NCBI GenBank assembly: GCA_963772835.1
Contig: CAVYYZ010000011.1
Location: forward strand, 384,001 to 448,000
Direction: 5' to 3'
DNA: 64,000 nucleotides
From: an uncultured delta proteobacterium
GTDB taxonomy: Bacteria > Desulfobacterota > Desulfuromonadia > Geobacterales > Pseudopelobacteraceae
Of the stretch, positions 46,051-56,346 are shown one piece after another. Position 1 is the stretch's first letter. Every line of letters starts with the position of its first letter. The notes beneath the pieces are model-generated. The model ran no database searches. It was not told the DNA's origin and was given only the letters and a program-made list of their open reading frames with translations. Position numbers and translations under genes: made by a program.

Positions 46051-46079
46051 TTGACCAATCACACTATTTACGCTAGCCT
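46051..46079 (+). promoter_or_regulatory. putative sigma70 promoter for rsmD-coaD
   Basis: TTGACC, 17 nt, TAGCCT. Confidence 0.5.
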
Positions 46080-46110
46080 CCCACGAAATCAGAGTGTGAG
46101 GATCATATGT

Positions 46111-46671
46111 ATGCGAGTCATTTCAGGAACCTGTCGCGGCAGAAAACTGTCTGTACCACCAGGTATAGCGACAAGGCCGACCTCTGATCGTGTTAAAGAA
46201 GCTCTTTTCAGTATTCTGACGAGCCGCATCGATGTTGCTGAATTGCACGTTCTTGATATCTGCGCCGGCACCGGCAGCCTTGGCATCGAAGCTCTCAGTC
46301 GGGGCGCCTCGCATTGTTGTTTTATTGAATGCAATCTATCGCTTAAAACAATACTATCTAAAAATCTGATAGTTACCAACAACCTGAACCACTCTGATAT
46401 TATAATCATGGATGCGGTAAAGGCGATTCGAGCTATGGCAGGTCGGGGGAAAGTCTTTGATCTTGTTTTTTTTGATCCTCCCTATGATGCTGGATTGTAC
46501 CAGGGAGTACTTGAAGCACTCGACTCTTCAGGCATGTTACGTCCCGGCTCTATTCTGGTGGCGGAGTGTTCGGCACGAAACTGCTTGCTGGAAGCATATG
46601 GCCGCCTAAAACGCTTTGACCGGCGGGTATATGGACAGACTGCACTCGAATTGTTTGCGCTGGAGGAATAA
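46111..46671 (+). CDS. rsmD: 16S rRNA m2G966 methyltransferase RsmD
   Basis: MRVISG..RGRKL, TRPTSDRVKEALF, LDICAGTGSLGIEALSRG, DPPY, YG.T. Confidence 0.94.
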   Translation: MRVISGTCRGRKLSVPPGIATRPTSDRVKEALFSILTSRIDVAELHVLDICAGTGSLGIEALSRGASHCCFIECNLSLKTILSKNLIVTNNLNHSDIIIMDAVKAIRAMAGRGKVFDLVFFDPPYDAGLYQGVLEALDSSGMLRPGSILVAECSARNCLLEAYGRLKRFDRRVYGQTALELFALEE

Positions 46672-47156
46672 TGAAAAAAATCGCCGTGTACCCGGGGTCA
46701 TTTGATCCGATCACGTATGGCCACATTGATATAATTAATCGAGGGCTGACTATCTTTGATGAGATTATCGTTGCCGTCGCAAAGAACTCTCAGAAAAATG
46801 CCCTCTTTTCCACTGATGAACGGGTCGAATTGATTCAGGATGTCGTAAAAGGGGAGGGGAGGGTCACGGTTGACACGTTCAGTGGACTGCTGATTGATTA
46901 CGTTTCCTCCCGCGGGGCCCATGTCATAATCCGCGGCCTCCGGGCAATATCAGACTTCGAATATGAATTTCAGATAGCCCAGATGAACAGCTGTATTGGC
47001 AGGCAGATTGAAACGCTTTTCATGATGACATCCCTGCAGTACGGATATCTCTCTTCCTCGATTGTCAAAGAGGTGTGTTCGCTCAACGGCGATATTGACA
47101 AATTTGTGCCGCCGGAAGTAAAAACAGCATTGCGGCAAAAATACGGTCTGTTGTAG
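46671..47156 (+). CDS. coaD: pantetheine-phosphate adenylyltransferase
   Basis: YPGSFDPITYGH, IRGLRAISDFEYE, SSSIVKE. Confidence 0.97.
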   Translation: MKKIAVYPGSFDPITYGHIDIINRGLTIFDEIIVAVAKNSQKNALFSTDERVELIQDVVKGEGRVTVDTFSGLLIDYVSSRGAHVIIRGLRAISDFEYEFQIAQMNSCIGRQIETLFMMTSLQYGYLSSSIVKEVCSLNGDIDKFVPPEVKTALRQKYGLL

Positions 47157-47191
47157 TCGCCGATACATTCCAATCACCAGGGAGGTGCTTC

Positions 47192-47386
47192 ATGATTACT
47201 CAGGATATGATAATTGCCGACATCATCACGCAGCATCCCGAGACGCTTTCGGTTTTCAAAGAGTATAATCTCGACTGTTACGAATGCCAGATTGCCGATC
47301 TCGAAACATTGGGACATGGAGCAGGCGTACATAAGATTGCCATTGACCAGCTGCTGAAAGCCCTGAACAGCGTTTTGAAAAAATAA
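47192..47386 (+). CDS. DUF1858-family small protein
   Basis: ITQDM.I.DI...HPE...VF..Y...CxxC....ETL..GA.VH; GGAGG RBS. Confidence 0.82.
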   Translation: MITQDMIIADIITQHPETLSVFKEYNLDCYECQIADLETLGHGAGVHKIAIDQLLKALNSVLKK

Positions 47387-47438
47387 CCTGTACGCCGGCT
47401 GCCTCGTGGTGATTCTACCTGAGGTTTTGTAGTGGAGG

Positions 47439-50400
47439 TCAAGCCAGCATCATCTCATCTGCACGTCTGATAAACTCCGGCAGCGGCCTGCCAATATAAA
47501 TTCCATTAGGTACAGTTTCTGAAGATATTCCACGCAGATACAGGTATAGTGCTCCTCCGAAATGTGTCTCGTAGCTGTAGCCGGGGAGACGCGCCTGTAA
47601 TAACCGGTTCAGCGCCAGCGTGTAGAGATGATACTGGAGGATATAGGCACTCCGACACATCGATTCATGCATCGCACCCTGGCTGTAGTCGGACTTTTTC
47701 ATACCGAGGTGGTTGGATTTCCAGTCGAGAATGTAGAAACGTCCGTTATGCGTGAACACAAGGTCAATGAAACCCTGCAGCATGCCTCTGCTCTGCCGGA
47801 AGGAAAGACGGCTCAGTACCTCGTAATATTCGCCGAAGAGATTCTCATCCAGCAGCCCTTCAAACAACAACCGCAGGGTATCCGGACTAAGCTGCCTGAT
47901 TGGCAGATAAAACTCCATCTCCGTCTGCCACTCCCCTTTTTTCAGGTGTGACAGGGTGAAATCCGGATACTCCGGGATAATCCGGGCGGAGGTCACATCA
48001 GCGACCAGGCCGCTGACTGCCGGCAGCCACTGTTCGTGAAAGCCGTGACCGGCCAGTGAAGAACGTACAATGGAGGAAATAGAATCACTGGTAAGTCGCT
48101 GGTATTCCAGCAGTTCAAAAATTTCATGAAGAAACGTTCCGGCTTGTGCACCGCGCGGAAAGTCGAAAATCGTACTTCCACCTGAAATGTACTCTGACTG
48201 CATTGAATATTCTGCCGGATCATCTGTGAGCGGATCATGGTCATGCGGTTCAAAAATATGTCCGGCCTTTGAAGTCACGCCGCTGAAACTTGCAATGTGC
48301 CAATCTTCACGGGGAGGGTGGGCAAGTGTTCTGCAGGTATATGGTGAAACGTCGGATTCGTGTGACAGATACGGCGGAAAGGCCTCATGCACGGGCATCA
48401 TCCCGGTGAAAATACCATTTTCTCCGCTGTTTGAAAGAGTCTGCACGTCCTCGAGAATCGCCCGATCGCTTAATTCAGAAAAGCTCTTGCTCTGCTCTGA
48501 CGCTGTTCCACCATGCAGCAACTGAAAAAGAGGCGAGTCGCCTGCTCCGTTGATCCCACCCCAGACGGTATAACAGCGGAACTCTGCCCTGGTCAGAGCG
48601 ACATACAGGAGCCGGGCGGCCTCACTCTTCGACTCTGTTTCAGCCCGCCGCATATTTTCTTCGCTTCCCGCAAGATCCAGAACCAGTGCCCCCTCATCCG
48701 TATGAAACAGAGCCCTGTCAGGTCTGCCGGATGGCGCATCCCAGGCAAAAGGTACGAAAACCACCGGGTACTGCAGACCTTTACTGGTATGAATGGTTGA
48801 GATCATAACCGCATCATCATCAGTTTCAAGGCGCAGCAACGACGCGTCATCCCTGTCTGGTGTCCCTATTTTTCTCTCCAGCCATGAAATCAGTCCGGTC
48901 AGGCTTTTCCCTTGTTCCTGCTCGGTCTGGTGGAGTATTTCACAGCAGTGCAGAATATTGGTCAGCCTGCGTTCTCCGCCGACTCGTGACAAAACCTGCG
49001 TCCGTACTCCGCAGGTCCCCAGCAGACGAGATACAAGGGCAACCACTCCGCCGGCCTCGACGGAAGTATGCAGTTGTTGAAAACGGAGCATCCATGTTTC
49101 CCAATCAGGATGTTCACCGGAACTTTCCACATATTGAGAAACCAGATTGGCGCTCACACCCATACTGGCGGTCACCAGAGCTTCTCGAACTAGAGCTTCA
49201 CGATGCGGTTCCGAGGCCGCCCGCAAAATACGCAGCAGGTCAAGTGCCTCGGATGTCTCAAAAATTGTTGCGCCTCCCTGCTGGACTGAAGGGATTCCGA
49301 GCGCTGACAGCGCTTCCCGAACCTGGCTGGCTTGTTTGTGGGTTTTCACCAGCACGGCAATATCACCGGTTTTTAACGGATGTGTCTGACCGGCCTTCAT
49401 GATGGAAACGCGCCCCTGTTCCAACAGACGGGCGACTTCTTCAGCGACTGTCTGAACGATGCTGCGGGTGGCCACCGTCCTGGCTTCAGTTTTGGACCCG
49501 TCACTGCGTGGGTAAATCCAGATTTTGAACGGCTGTGTATCCGGTTCGCGATCGCATAATAACCGGTCATTCACAGAGCGCCCTGACCGTGTCGGGTGGA
49601 AGGGGATGTCCTTGCAGATAAATGGATCAGAACCCGCTGTGAAAAGAGTGGAAACCGCTCTCACCAAAGCTGCGTCAGAACGGAAGTTTGTTCCCAGCGA
49701 ATGCATATTTTCCGGGATTATTTTTTTGCAGGCATTCAGGTAGGAAAATACATCGGCCCCGCGAAAGCTGTAAATAGACTGTTTCGGATCACCGATAAGG
49801 AACAGTGGATACTCCTGATCTGCTCCTATTCGATTGAAAATGTTCCACTGTAGAGGGTCCGTATCCTGAAATTCATCGATCAGGGCGGTCTTGTAGCGCT
49901 GACGCAGCTTATTGACAAGGGCATCCGCACTCTCTGATTCAAGTGCCAGATGAAGATCAAGCAGTAAGTCATCGAATGAGCGGACATTTAACTTTATTTT
50001 GCGCTGACTTAATTCCTTTTCAAGCCACTTTTTGAAGTCGTGCTGGCAGGTAAATATTTTGTTCTGAAAAGCCTGGGTAATTGAAGATGAAATTTCAGAT
50101 AACCGTTGACAGAGGATAAAAAAATGGTGGTCAGGAGTGAAAGGAGATGATTTGGTTATTTTTGAAGCTATCTTCCGGGCCGAAAAAAAATCAAGTTTTC
50201 CGTTTGGCAGGGATGCCTTTCCACCCGTGACCCAATTATCAAAAGCAGCGGAAGCCGCTTCTATCTGAGATGGTTTATAACTTTGCTGGTTCAGGCGGCT
50301 CTCTTCCAGCTGCCCGGTTATTGTGCTGCGTTCTGCGTTCCAGAGAGAACAAACCAGTTCGTAAAGGTTATTACGATCACGTATGAGGTGTGCATACGGG

Positions 50401-51017
50401 ACATCAGAAACCGGGGGAATGATGGTGAGGCCGGGATTCTGATAATGCCCGCCAAGCGGCTTTACAAGCTTCCCTGGAGTATAGCCTCCCGCAACCAGGT
50501 GCTCAATGAAATCATCCGACTGCGAAAGAATGTGTGATCGCCAGAAGTCGTCACAAACCTCTTTTACGATAGCACTCTGGTCACTGAGCATGTCACAGCC
50601 GAAGAGTGAACCGCTTTCAAAAGTATTTTCCAGCAACGCCCGTTGGCAGAATCCGTGAATGGTAAAGATTGCGGCTTCATCGAATGAATACAGTGCCCGG
50701 GTCAGGAGCTGCCTGGCTCTCAGACCGTTCTGCAGGCGAACCGTCATAAGGAGCCGTTCAAGATCGTCATCGGCCGGAGCACGCCCGCTTGAGTACATAT
50801 CAAGTGTGGTTACGATCCGCCGCCTGATTCGTTCGCGCAGTTCAGAGGTGGCGGCTTTTGTGTAGGTCACCACAAGAATCTGTTCGGGGCGCAGTTCTTT
50901 TTCAAGAAGCAACAGGATGTAGAGTGCAGCGATAGTCCAGGTTTTTCCGGTGCCTGCGCTCGCTTCGACCAGGTTAAGGCCGGATAGTTGTATTGTAGCA
51001 AGATTGAGGGGTTTCAT
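47439..51017 (-). CDS. recB: exodeoxyribonuclease V beta subunit RecB
   Basis: EASAGTGKT, FTIHGFC, IDEFQDTD, IGDPKQSIYSFRGAD, TIHTSKGLQYP, YVALTRA; nuclease GFIDLVF...LDWKSN. Confidence 0.95.
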   Translation of the reverse strand: MKPLNLATIQLSGLNLVEASAGTGKTWTIAALYILLLLEKELRPEQILVVTYTKAATSELRERIRRRIVTTLDMYSSGRAPADDDLERLLMTVRLQNGLRARQLLTRALYSFDEAAIFTIHGFCQRALLENTFESGSLFGCDMLSDQSAIVKEVCDDFWRSHILSQSDDFIEHLVAGGYTPGKLVKPLGGHYQNPGLTIIPPVSDVPYAHLIRDRNNLYELVCSLWNAERSTITGQLEESRLNQQSYKPSQIEAASAAFDNWVTGGKASLPNGKLDFFSARKIASKITKSSPFTPDHHFFILCQRLSEISSSITQAFQNKIFTCQHDFKKWLEKELSQRKIKLNVRSFDDLLLDLHLALESESADALVNKLRQRYKTALIDEFQDTDPLQWNIFNRIGADQEYPLFLIGDPKQSIYSFRGADVFSYLNACKKIIPENMHSLGTNFRSDAALVRAVSTLFTAGSDPFICKDIPFHPTRSGRSVNDRLLCDREPDTQPFKIWIYPRSDGSKTEARTVATRSIVQTVAEEVARLLEQGRVSIMKAGQTHPLKTGDIAVLVKTHKQASQVREALSALGIPSVQQGGATIFETSEALDLLRILRAASEPHREALVREALVTASMGVSANLVSQYVESSGEHPDWETWMLRFQQLHTSVEAGGVVALVSRLLGTCGVRTQVLSRVGGERRLTNILHCCEILHQTEQEQGKSLTGLISWLERKIGTPDRDDASLLRLETDDDAVMISTIHTSKGLQYPVVFVPFAWDAPSGRPDRALFHTDEGALVLDLAGSEENMRRAETESKSEAARLLYVALTRAEFRCYTVWGGINGAGDSPLFQLLHGGTASEQSKSFSELSDRAILEDVQTLSNSGENGIFTGMMPVHEAFPPYLSHESDVSPYTCRTLAHPPREDWHIASFSGVTSKAGHIFEPHDHDPLTDDPAEYSMQSEYISGGSTIFDFPRGAQAGTFLHEIFELLEYQRLTSDSISSIVRSSLAGHGFHEQWLPAVSGLVADVTSARIIPEYPDFTLSHLKKGEWQTEMEFYLPIRQLSPDTLRLLFEGLLDENLFGEYYEVLSRLSFRQSRGMLQGFIDLVFTHNGRFYILDWKSNHLGMKKSDYSQGAMHESMCRSAYILQYHLYTLALNRLLQARLPGYSYETHFGGALYLYLRGISSETVPNGIYIGRPLPEFIRRADEMMLA

Positions 51018-51056
51018 GGGGTTTGCATGGCAAAGAGGTCACGGACGAAAGAGGAT

Positions 51057-51092
51057 TCTCCCCCCTTCTCCGGGTTCAAAGAAAGGGGGAGA
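51057..51092 (-). terminator. stem-loop between the Tim44-domain gene and recB
   Basis: TCTCCCCCCTTCT / AGAAAGGGGGAGA inverted repeat (one G-U pair on the minus strand), weak U tract. Confidence 0.55.
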
Positions 51093-51103
51093 GTGTTCAT
51101 GAT

Positions 51104-52033
51104 CTATTTCTGGTCTATAGCAGACAGCTTCCAGGGGTTATTGCCGACTGGACGGGTAAAGGTCCAATATTCCTCGAATTTGACCGGTTCACTCTTATTG
51201 CCGGTCAGTAACACACCGCCTTCATCCGTCGTGTAATCAAGCAGATTGGCATAAATCAGGGTGTTGATATAATCCTGACCTGATTCCTGCCACGCTTCAA
51301 CAATTTCAACTTTTCGAACTGCAATGTTTTCCAACCGGTTGATCTGCTTGTCCCTGATCAGTTTATCAATATCCGACTGAAAAACGCGGCGCATCTCGTC
51401 CGTCAGAATTCCGGTCACCGGCGTCAGATCACGATTCATCCATGAACCCTGGATCTTGAAGAAGTTATCCATTACCAGGTCGTTATAACGGTTCTCGTCA
51501 AAGGAGGAATCAAACTGACGAATATGGGCAAGGCCGGTATCAACGTCCTCCACCTCCGGAGATGTGTTTTGATATCCCTGGGAAATCGGTGTTACATTTC
51601 CCCCCTGGTATGGGCCGGGTTCAATAGAATTTCCTTCTCTTTTTTTCTTGATATAGCGATAGATGAGGTAGCCGATTCCGGCAAGTAATAAAATATCAAA
51701 CAGACCGGTTCCACCGCCGCCCCCACCCATTCCGCCAAACCCGAGACTCCTGAAAAGCATCCCGCCAAGCAGACCGCCGGCAATACCCCCCGCCATGCTT
51801 CTCATGAACCCACCGGATGCAGGCGGTTGATAGCCGGGACTCTGCGCTGTCTGCGGCGTACGGGATGGTGCCGGTTGCGTGGCGGGACGGGAGGAATAGC
51901 TGCGTGATCCGCTGCTCCCTATGGATCGGCTTCCACCCCCGGCTCTTGCCTCTGCTTCAAACTCAAGAACTGTGGCAGAAAGAAACAATACGGCAGCAAG
52001 CAGTGTGAAAAATCTGAGCGAGTATGTATTCAT
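51104..52033 (-). CDS. Tim44-like domain membrane protein
   Basis: Signal peptide AEARAGGG, S.GS.GSRS, Gly-rich TM region, C-terminal FEEYWTFTR...WKLSAI. Confidence 0.85.
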   Translation of the reverse strand: MNTYSLRFFTLLAAVLFLSATVLEFEAEARAGGGSRSIGSSGSRSYSSRPATQPAPSRTPQTAQSPGYQPPASGGFMRSMAGGIAGGLLGGMLFRSLGFGGMGGGGGGTGLFDILLLAGIGYLIYRYIKKKREGNSIEPGPYQGGNVTPISQGYQNTSPEVEDVDTGLAHIRQFDSSFDENRYNDLVMDNFFKIQGSWMNRDLTPVTGILTDEMRRVFQSDIDKLIRDKQINRLENIAVRKVEIVEAWQESGQDYINTLIYANLLDYTTDEGGVLLTGNKSEPVKFEEYWTFTRPVGNNPWKLSAIDQK

Positions 52034-52219
52034 CTTTTTAACTCCTTTGAAAACTGAATATATCTGCTGCCTTGAATGTATCAGCATGCTGTCCTGAATG
52101 TAGTGGGAGTGCTGGATAAAATCAAGGCTCACTTGCTAATAAACAGAACAGCCCATGACACAGCACATCCCCCATTTCTTGTTTTACGCGCGGCACCGGT
52201 AGATTCTCCAGTTTTCAGA

Positions 52220-53326
52220 TCAAGGAAGAAGTTTTGATTTGATTGCCTCAACGACATAATACGCATCATTGATTGCTGTATAAATGAGATTTGGATGTCT
52301 TTCCTCAGCAATAGTTCCACCGCTTATTTTCATGTAGGAGGGGGAGATTGCACCGCCGATAACATACACACCTTTTCGCGTGGATTCGAATTCTGATGAA
52401 AGCAGCACCAGGCGATCTCCCTCTTTTGCAATTTTGCAGACGCCGGACGTGCAGGCAATGCTCTGGATATTCAGCTTATCGAAGATCGGCACCGGCCCCT
52501 GAGAGCCGATACAGGCGATGACATTCTGCATCGGGAAGCTCAGGGCGTGATAGAGATCAATGCCGTCGGCCTGTTCAAAAACGTTGATACGAATTACCAA
52601 TCTGTCGACTCCCAGAGCATCGACCTCACCAATACGAGGCATCGCTCCAGGCAATAAACGGATATTTCCACCCAGAAGGATTTCTTCACCCAGGCGTTGG
52701 GCGGTTTCTTTGTTGACGTCAAACGTTTCCGCCTTGTGTGCCCAGTAGACCGGGTGGGTATCTCCGGCTTCACGCTTGGCCTTAAGGATGTTGATGATCA
52801 CGTCAGCCGCCGTATTGCCGCCTCCGATAACCAGGGTTTTAATGCCGACATATTTCCCTGGATCATCTACATTTTTTGCGACCATCTTGGCATCGCCGTA
52901 TACGGAAAGCTCACGAGGAATGTTGCTGCCGAAAGAAAGTACAACTTTCTTTCCTTTGAAATTTCCTTTTGAGGTAATGACCGCCAGGCAATCCCGCTCG
53001 TCCTTTATGTCTTCAAAATCCACTTCCGTCTGCACAAGAAGATTCTCATGCTGGACAAAATGTTGAACGTATTGAAGATAACTTTCAACGGTTACCGGCT
53101 TGTCCGGCGGCCGCAATTCATCCACCATGAAAGGTTCAGGTGCATCCTTTGGCCGGGAGGCATATACCAGTTTTCCTTCAGGATACGTATTTGCGATCCC
53201 TTGAAATATTGCTTTTCCTGATTCAAGAACCAGATATGAAAGGCCATGTTTATGGCACAGGTAGGCTGTTGAGAGGCCGGCCGGGCCTCCTCCGATTATC
53301 AGAACATCATAGATTTTGTTTTTCAT
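52220..53326 (-). CDS. FAD/NAD(P)-dependent oxidoreductase, thioredoxin-reductase/YpdA-like
   Basis: YDVLIIGGGPAGL, LVIGGGNTAAD, EST..GVYVIG; no CxxC. Confidence 0.8.
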   Translation of the reverse strand: MKNKIYDVLIIGGGPAGLSTAYLCHKHGLSYLVLESGKAIFQGIANTYPEGKLVYASRPKDAPEPFMVDELRPPDKPVTVESYLQYVQHFVQHENLLVQTEVDFEDIKDERDCLAVITSKGNFKGKKVVLSFGSNIPRELSVYGDAKMVAKNVDDPGKYVGIKTLVIGGGNTAADVIINILKAKREAGDTHPVYWAHKAETFDVNKETAQRLGEEILLGGNIRLLPGAMPRIGEVDALGVDRLVIRINVFEQADGIDLYHALSFPMQNVIACIGSQGPVPIFDKLNIQSIACTSGVCKIAKEGDRLVLLSSEFESTRKGVYVIGGAISPSYMKISGGTIAEERHPNLIYTAINDAYYVVEAIKSKLLP

Positions 53327-53580
53327 AAGAACGCCCTCGTTGTGTATTCATCCGGAAAGTTTTTCTTGCGCATAGTTCGCAACAAATAATTATACATTTT
53401 TTTCCTACTCAGTGTATGAGGCTGAAAACTATTTCAGGTCAAAAATACAGGTTTAACGATTATCTGAAGTTTCCGTTCGATTTGTACCATTATTAATTAC
53501 AAAAAAACAGTGGTAAGAAGTTTGCAAATGACCCTGAATGCGCTATTATTATACAACTACATTCAAAAAGGAGGTCACAT

Positions 53581-53922
53581 ATGGAAGAGAGAGATAAAAA
53601 AGTTGCCGGAGCGGCTTTACTGATTTTTGCTGGCGGCGTAATCGGAGCCGGCATGGCCCTGCTGTTTGCTCCCCAGTCGGGCGCCAGGACTCGAAAAGAT
53701 ATTATTCGGTACTCAAAAAAAGCCCGTCACCGTGCCGATGATGCAATGGATGACCTTGCCGCACATGTATCCAGTCTGGTTGAGGTGATAGGTGAGAAGA
53801 CCGATGATCTTTTGGATAAAGGCAAGGATGTGGCTGGAAGTGCCCGTAAAGATTTGATCCGGTTGATAGAGGAGGGTGCTTCGAAACTTGAAAAGTTCAG
53901 GACGGTACTGAGCAGGATGTAA
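53581..53922 (+). CDS. YtxH-domain protein
   Basis: GGVIGAGMALLFAPQSG..TR; AGGAGG RBS. Confidence 0.9.
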   Translation: MEERDKKVAGAALLIFAGGVIGAGMALLFAPQSGARTRKDIIRYSKKARHRADDAMDDLAAHVSSLVEVIGEKTDDLLDKGKDVAGSARKDLIRLIEEGASKLEKFRTVLSRM

Positions 53923-53955
53923 AGTCGCCAGAGTGAATACACATGGTTACCGTTG

Positions 53956-53998
53956 CATTACAAGAGAAGCCCGCAGTGAGCGGGCTTCTCTTGTAATG
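53956..53998. terminator. 19-bp perfect hairpin between convergent genes (probable bidirectional terminator)
   Basis: CATTACAAGAGAAGCCCGC-AGTGA-GCGGGCTTCTCTTGTAATG. Confidence 0.8.
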
Positions 53999-54027
53999 AC
54001 GTTGTATGTTTCCCCTTGAAGAAGAGT

Positions 54028-54378
54028 TTAATTTGCTCCGGCGTGTATCGCTACCAGAACGGCTGCAGCGCCAACCCACCAGACCCACCGATAATCCCCT
54101 AAATGGACTTCTGCAAAATTTCCCCAATTGAAAGAGCTTCGTGATTCTCTTTTTTGTTCCGGTGCGGCTTTCGCTTCACCCTCTGTTGTTTGCGCGGCGG
54201 CCATAAGAACTGTACCTGTGGGCAGAGTCAGATTAATCGGACGTGCAGGGGGTATTACGTTTTCAGATGCTGGACCTGCCCCGATCGGCGAGGACATGAG
54301 CGCCGCGACTTCTTGAGCGTTCACGGCCGCTGGAACAAATGAGGTGAGACAAAGTACAATAGTCAGCGTGCGAAACAT
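54028..54378 (-). CDS. hypothetical exported protein with C-terminal hydrophobic anchor
   Basis: GGAGG RBS, signal peptide MFRTL...VNA, C-terminal WVWWVGAAAVLVAIH. Confidence 0.65.
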   Translation of the reverse strand: MFRTLTIVLCLTSFVPAAVNAQEVAALMSSPIGAGPASENVIPPARPINLTLPTGTVLMAAAQTTEGEAKAAPEQKRESRSSFNWGNFAEVHLGDYRWVWWVGAAAVLVAIHAGAN

Positions 54379-54460
54379 GGAGAACCTCCGGGATTTTTTT
54401 TGAACATACCAAATTACATCTGAAATGCCAAGAAGCAAAGGATCCGTGCTTTCATGGGTT

Positions 54461-55150
54461 TTAAATCAGTATACAGGTGCTGTTTTTTTCCGGAATAAGT
54501 CTGTTGAAATAGTCTATTGTGGGGAATAATTCTGACATGCGAGGCTCAACCATTGAACTATAGCGACTGATATAAATAAGAAAGCGTATTGAAAAACTGT
54601 CAGCGGTTGCCAGATTCACTTCACTGTCCTCTCCAAGAAGCGTCCGTTTCGGATCGTAATTGATATAATTCTGCAATTCCCCCCAAAAACGGGCATCCTC
54701 CTTTGGCAGCCCAACCTGGTGGGCAGAAACAATTCCGTTAAAATACGGACCGATACGGGTGTTATTCATCTTCAGATCGAGTGTTTTCGAATGAGCGTTC
54801 GTGACAAGCCATACGGCTTTGTTGGCTTGCTTTAGGTAGAGCAGAAATTCGATTACATACGGATGAACGGCTATCAAATGCTCGACTTCAAGTTTTAACA
54901 GCGGGATATCGAGCCTGAGACGGTCAGACCAGTAATCGAGATCGGTCCAGTTGAGCGTGTTTTCCTGGGATCTGAAAAGTCTATAGAGATGCACTTTGGC
55001 ATCTTCGATTGAAGTCCCATTGCGAGCTGCCCAGCGCAGCGGGACATGCTCCAGCCAGAAGTGATCGTCAAAATGGCGGTCCAGCAGTGTCCCGTCCATA
55101 TCAAGCAGTACGGTATCTATGTCATTCCAGTCAATCAGCATAAGGCGCAT
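54461..55150 (-). CDS. yrfG: HAD-family nucleotidase, YrfG-like (GMP/IMP nucleotidase)
   Basis: IDW..IDTVLLDMDGTLLD.HFD..FW...P, TLNW..LDYWS, LVTNAH, G.PKED..FW. Confidence 0.8.
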   Translation of the reverse strand: MRLMLIDWNDIDTVLLDMDGTLLDRHFDDHFWLEHVPLRWAARNGTSIEDAKVHLYRLFRSQENTLNWTDLDYWSDRLRLDIPLLKLEVEHLIAVHPYVIEFLLYLKQANKAVWLVTNAHSKTLDLKMNNTRIGPYFNGIVSAHQVGLPKEDARFWGELQNYINYDPKRTLLGEDSEVNLATADSFSIRFLIYISRYSSMVEPRMSELFPTIDYFNRLIPEKNSTCILI

Positions 55151-55462
55151 TAATCCTTTAAATCCGGTCCGGCACGGCTTTGAGACAATATGTCCTACGC
55201 CGGTGACTTGTCAAGCCGTGGGAAATATCTGTAGTAAAATATCTTCTTGTCCCTTCGCTGAATGTGTCACATTCCGGCCGTTATACTGCTCCAATTCCTG
55301 GTTGATTTGATATTTTAAATGTTGTATTTCAGACAATATATGGTATTGATAGCGACATGATCAATCCGTTATCCCGCTTTTCGGGCGAAGTAATACCGCT
55401 GTTTTTTACCAGCAGTTTGGATGAGAAAAAGTACTCATAGATTCAACAGGGAGAGTAGAGAC

Positions 55463-56185
55463 ATGGCTATTAAAAAGATTTTGCTTGTCGATGATGTCAA
55501 CTTTTTCCTTGAACTGGAAAAGGGGTTCTTTGACCGGGAGGAATTTCAAATACTACAGGCTGGTAACGGCGAAGAAGCCCTTGAGATTCTTATTACCGAC
55601 CATCCGGATATAATTTTTATGGATCTGTTTATGCCTGTCATGGATGGTGATGTCTGCTGCCGCCTGATAAAAGAGCATGACGCACTACAGCATATACCTG
55701 TAATAATGGTAACACAGGGTGGCAGTGACGTCGATTTTGAGCGCTGCTGGCAGGCGGGGTGTGATGATATAATCCCGAAGCCGTTAAATAAGTTTCTGTT
55801 TCAGTCCATGGTTAGAAAATATCTGGATATTCCGTTCAGAAAAGCACTCAGGGCTCCGGTCCGTCTGCATATACAATGCAAATCATGTACGAATCCTGAT
55901 GAATATCTCTCTGATTATACGGTCAATTTGAGCACTGGCGGATTCTTTATTGTTTCTACAGAATTGTACCCGGTTGACGCTCAGTTCAATATTGAATTTG
56001 TGTTGCCGAATGACGGGAAAGCTATACATTGCTCGGCAAGGGTCGCCTGGATAAATCATCCGGAGTCTCTTATCAATCAGAATCTCCCGGTCGGGATGGG
56101 TCTTCAGTTTCTTGATTTATCGCTGGACGATATGAATTCTATTCGTAATTTCATAAAAGATCAAACGCTGGTGCCGGAATGGTAA
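55463..56185 (+). CDS. response regulator with C-terminal PilZ domain
   Basis: REC (ILLVDD, IFMDLFMP, KP); PilZ RKALR and NLSTGG, ARVAW, GMGLQF. Confidence 0.9.
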   Translation: MAIKKILLVDDVNFFLELEKGFFDREEFQILQAGNGEEALEILITDHPDIIFMDLFMPVMDGDVCCRLIKEHDALQHIPVIMVTQGGSDVDFERCWQAGCDDIIPKPLNKFLFQSMVRKYLDIPFRKALRAPVRLHIQCKSCTNPDEYLSDYTVNLSTGGFFIVSTELYPVDAQFNIEFVLPNDGKAIHCSARVAWINHPESLINQNLPVGMGLQFLDLSLDDMNSIRNFIKDQTLVPEW

Positions 56186-56346
56186 CAATTTGAAATCACT
56201 ACCCGTGGTGTTCCCGCCCTGAACCTGCCTGATCAATATACATATCCCGTCTTCTTCTTTGATGGTCACTGCTCGAATGACACCTGCACATCAGTCCAAT
56301 TCATTTGACTTTATGGTCATCAACCGCGTATAAAGATCGATCACCT

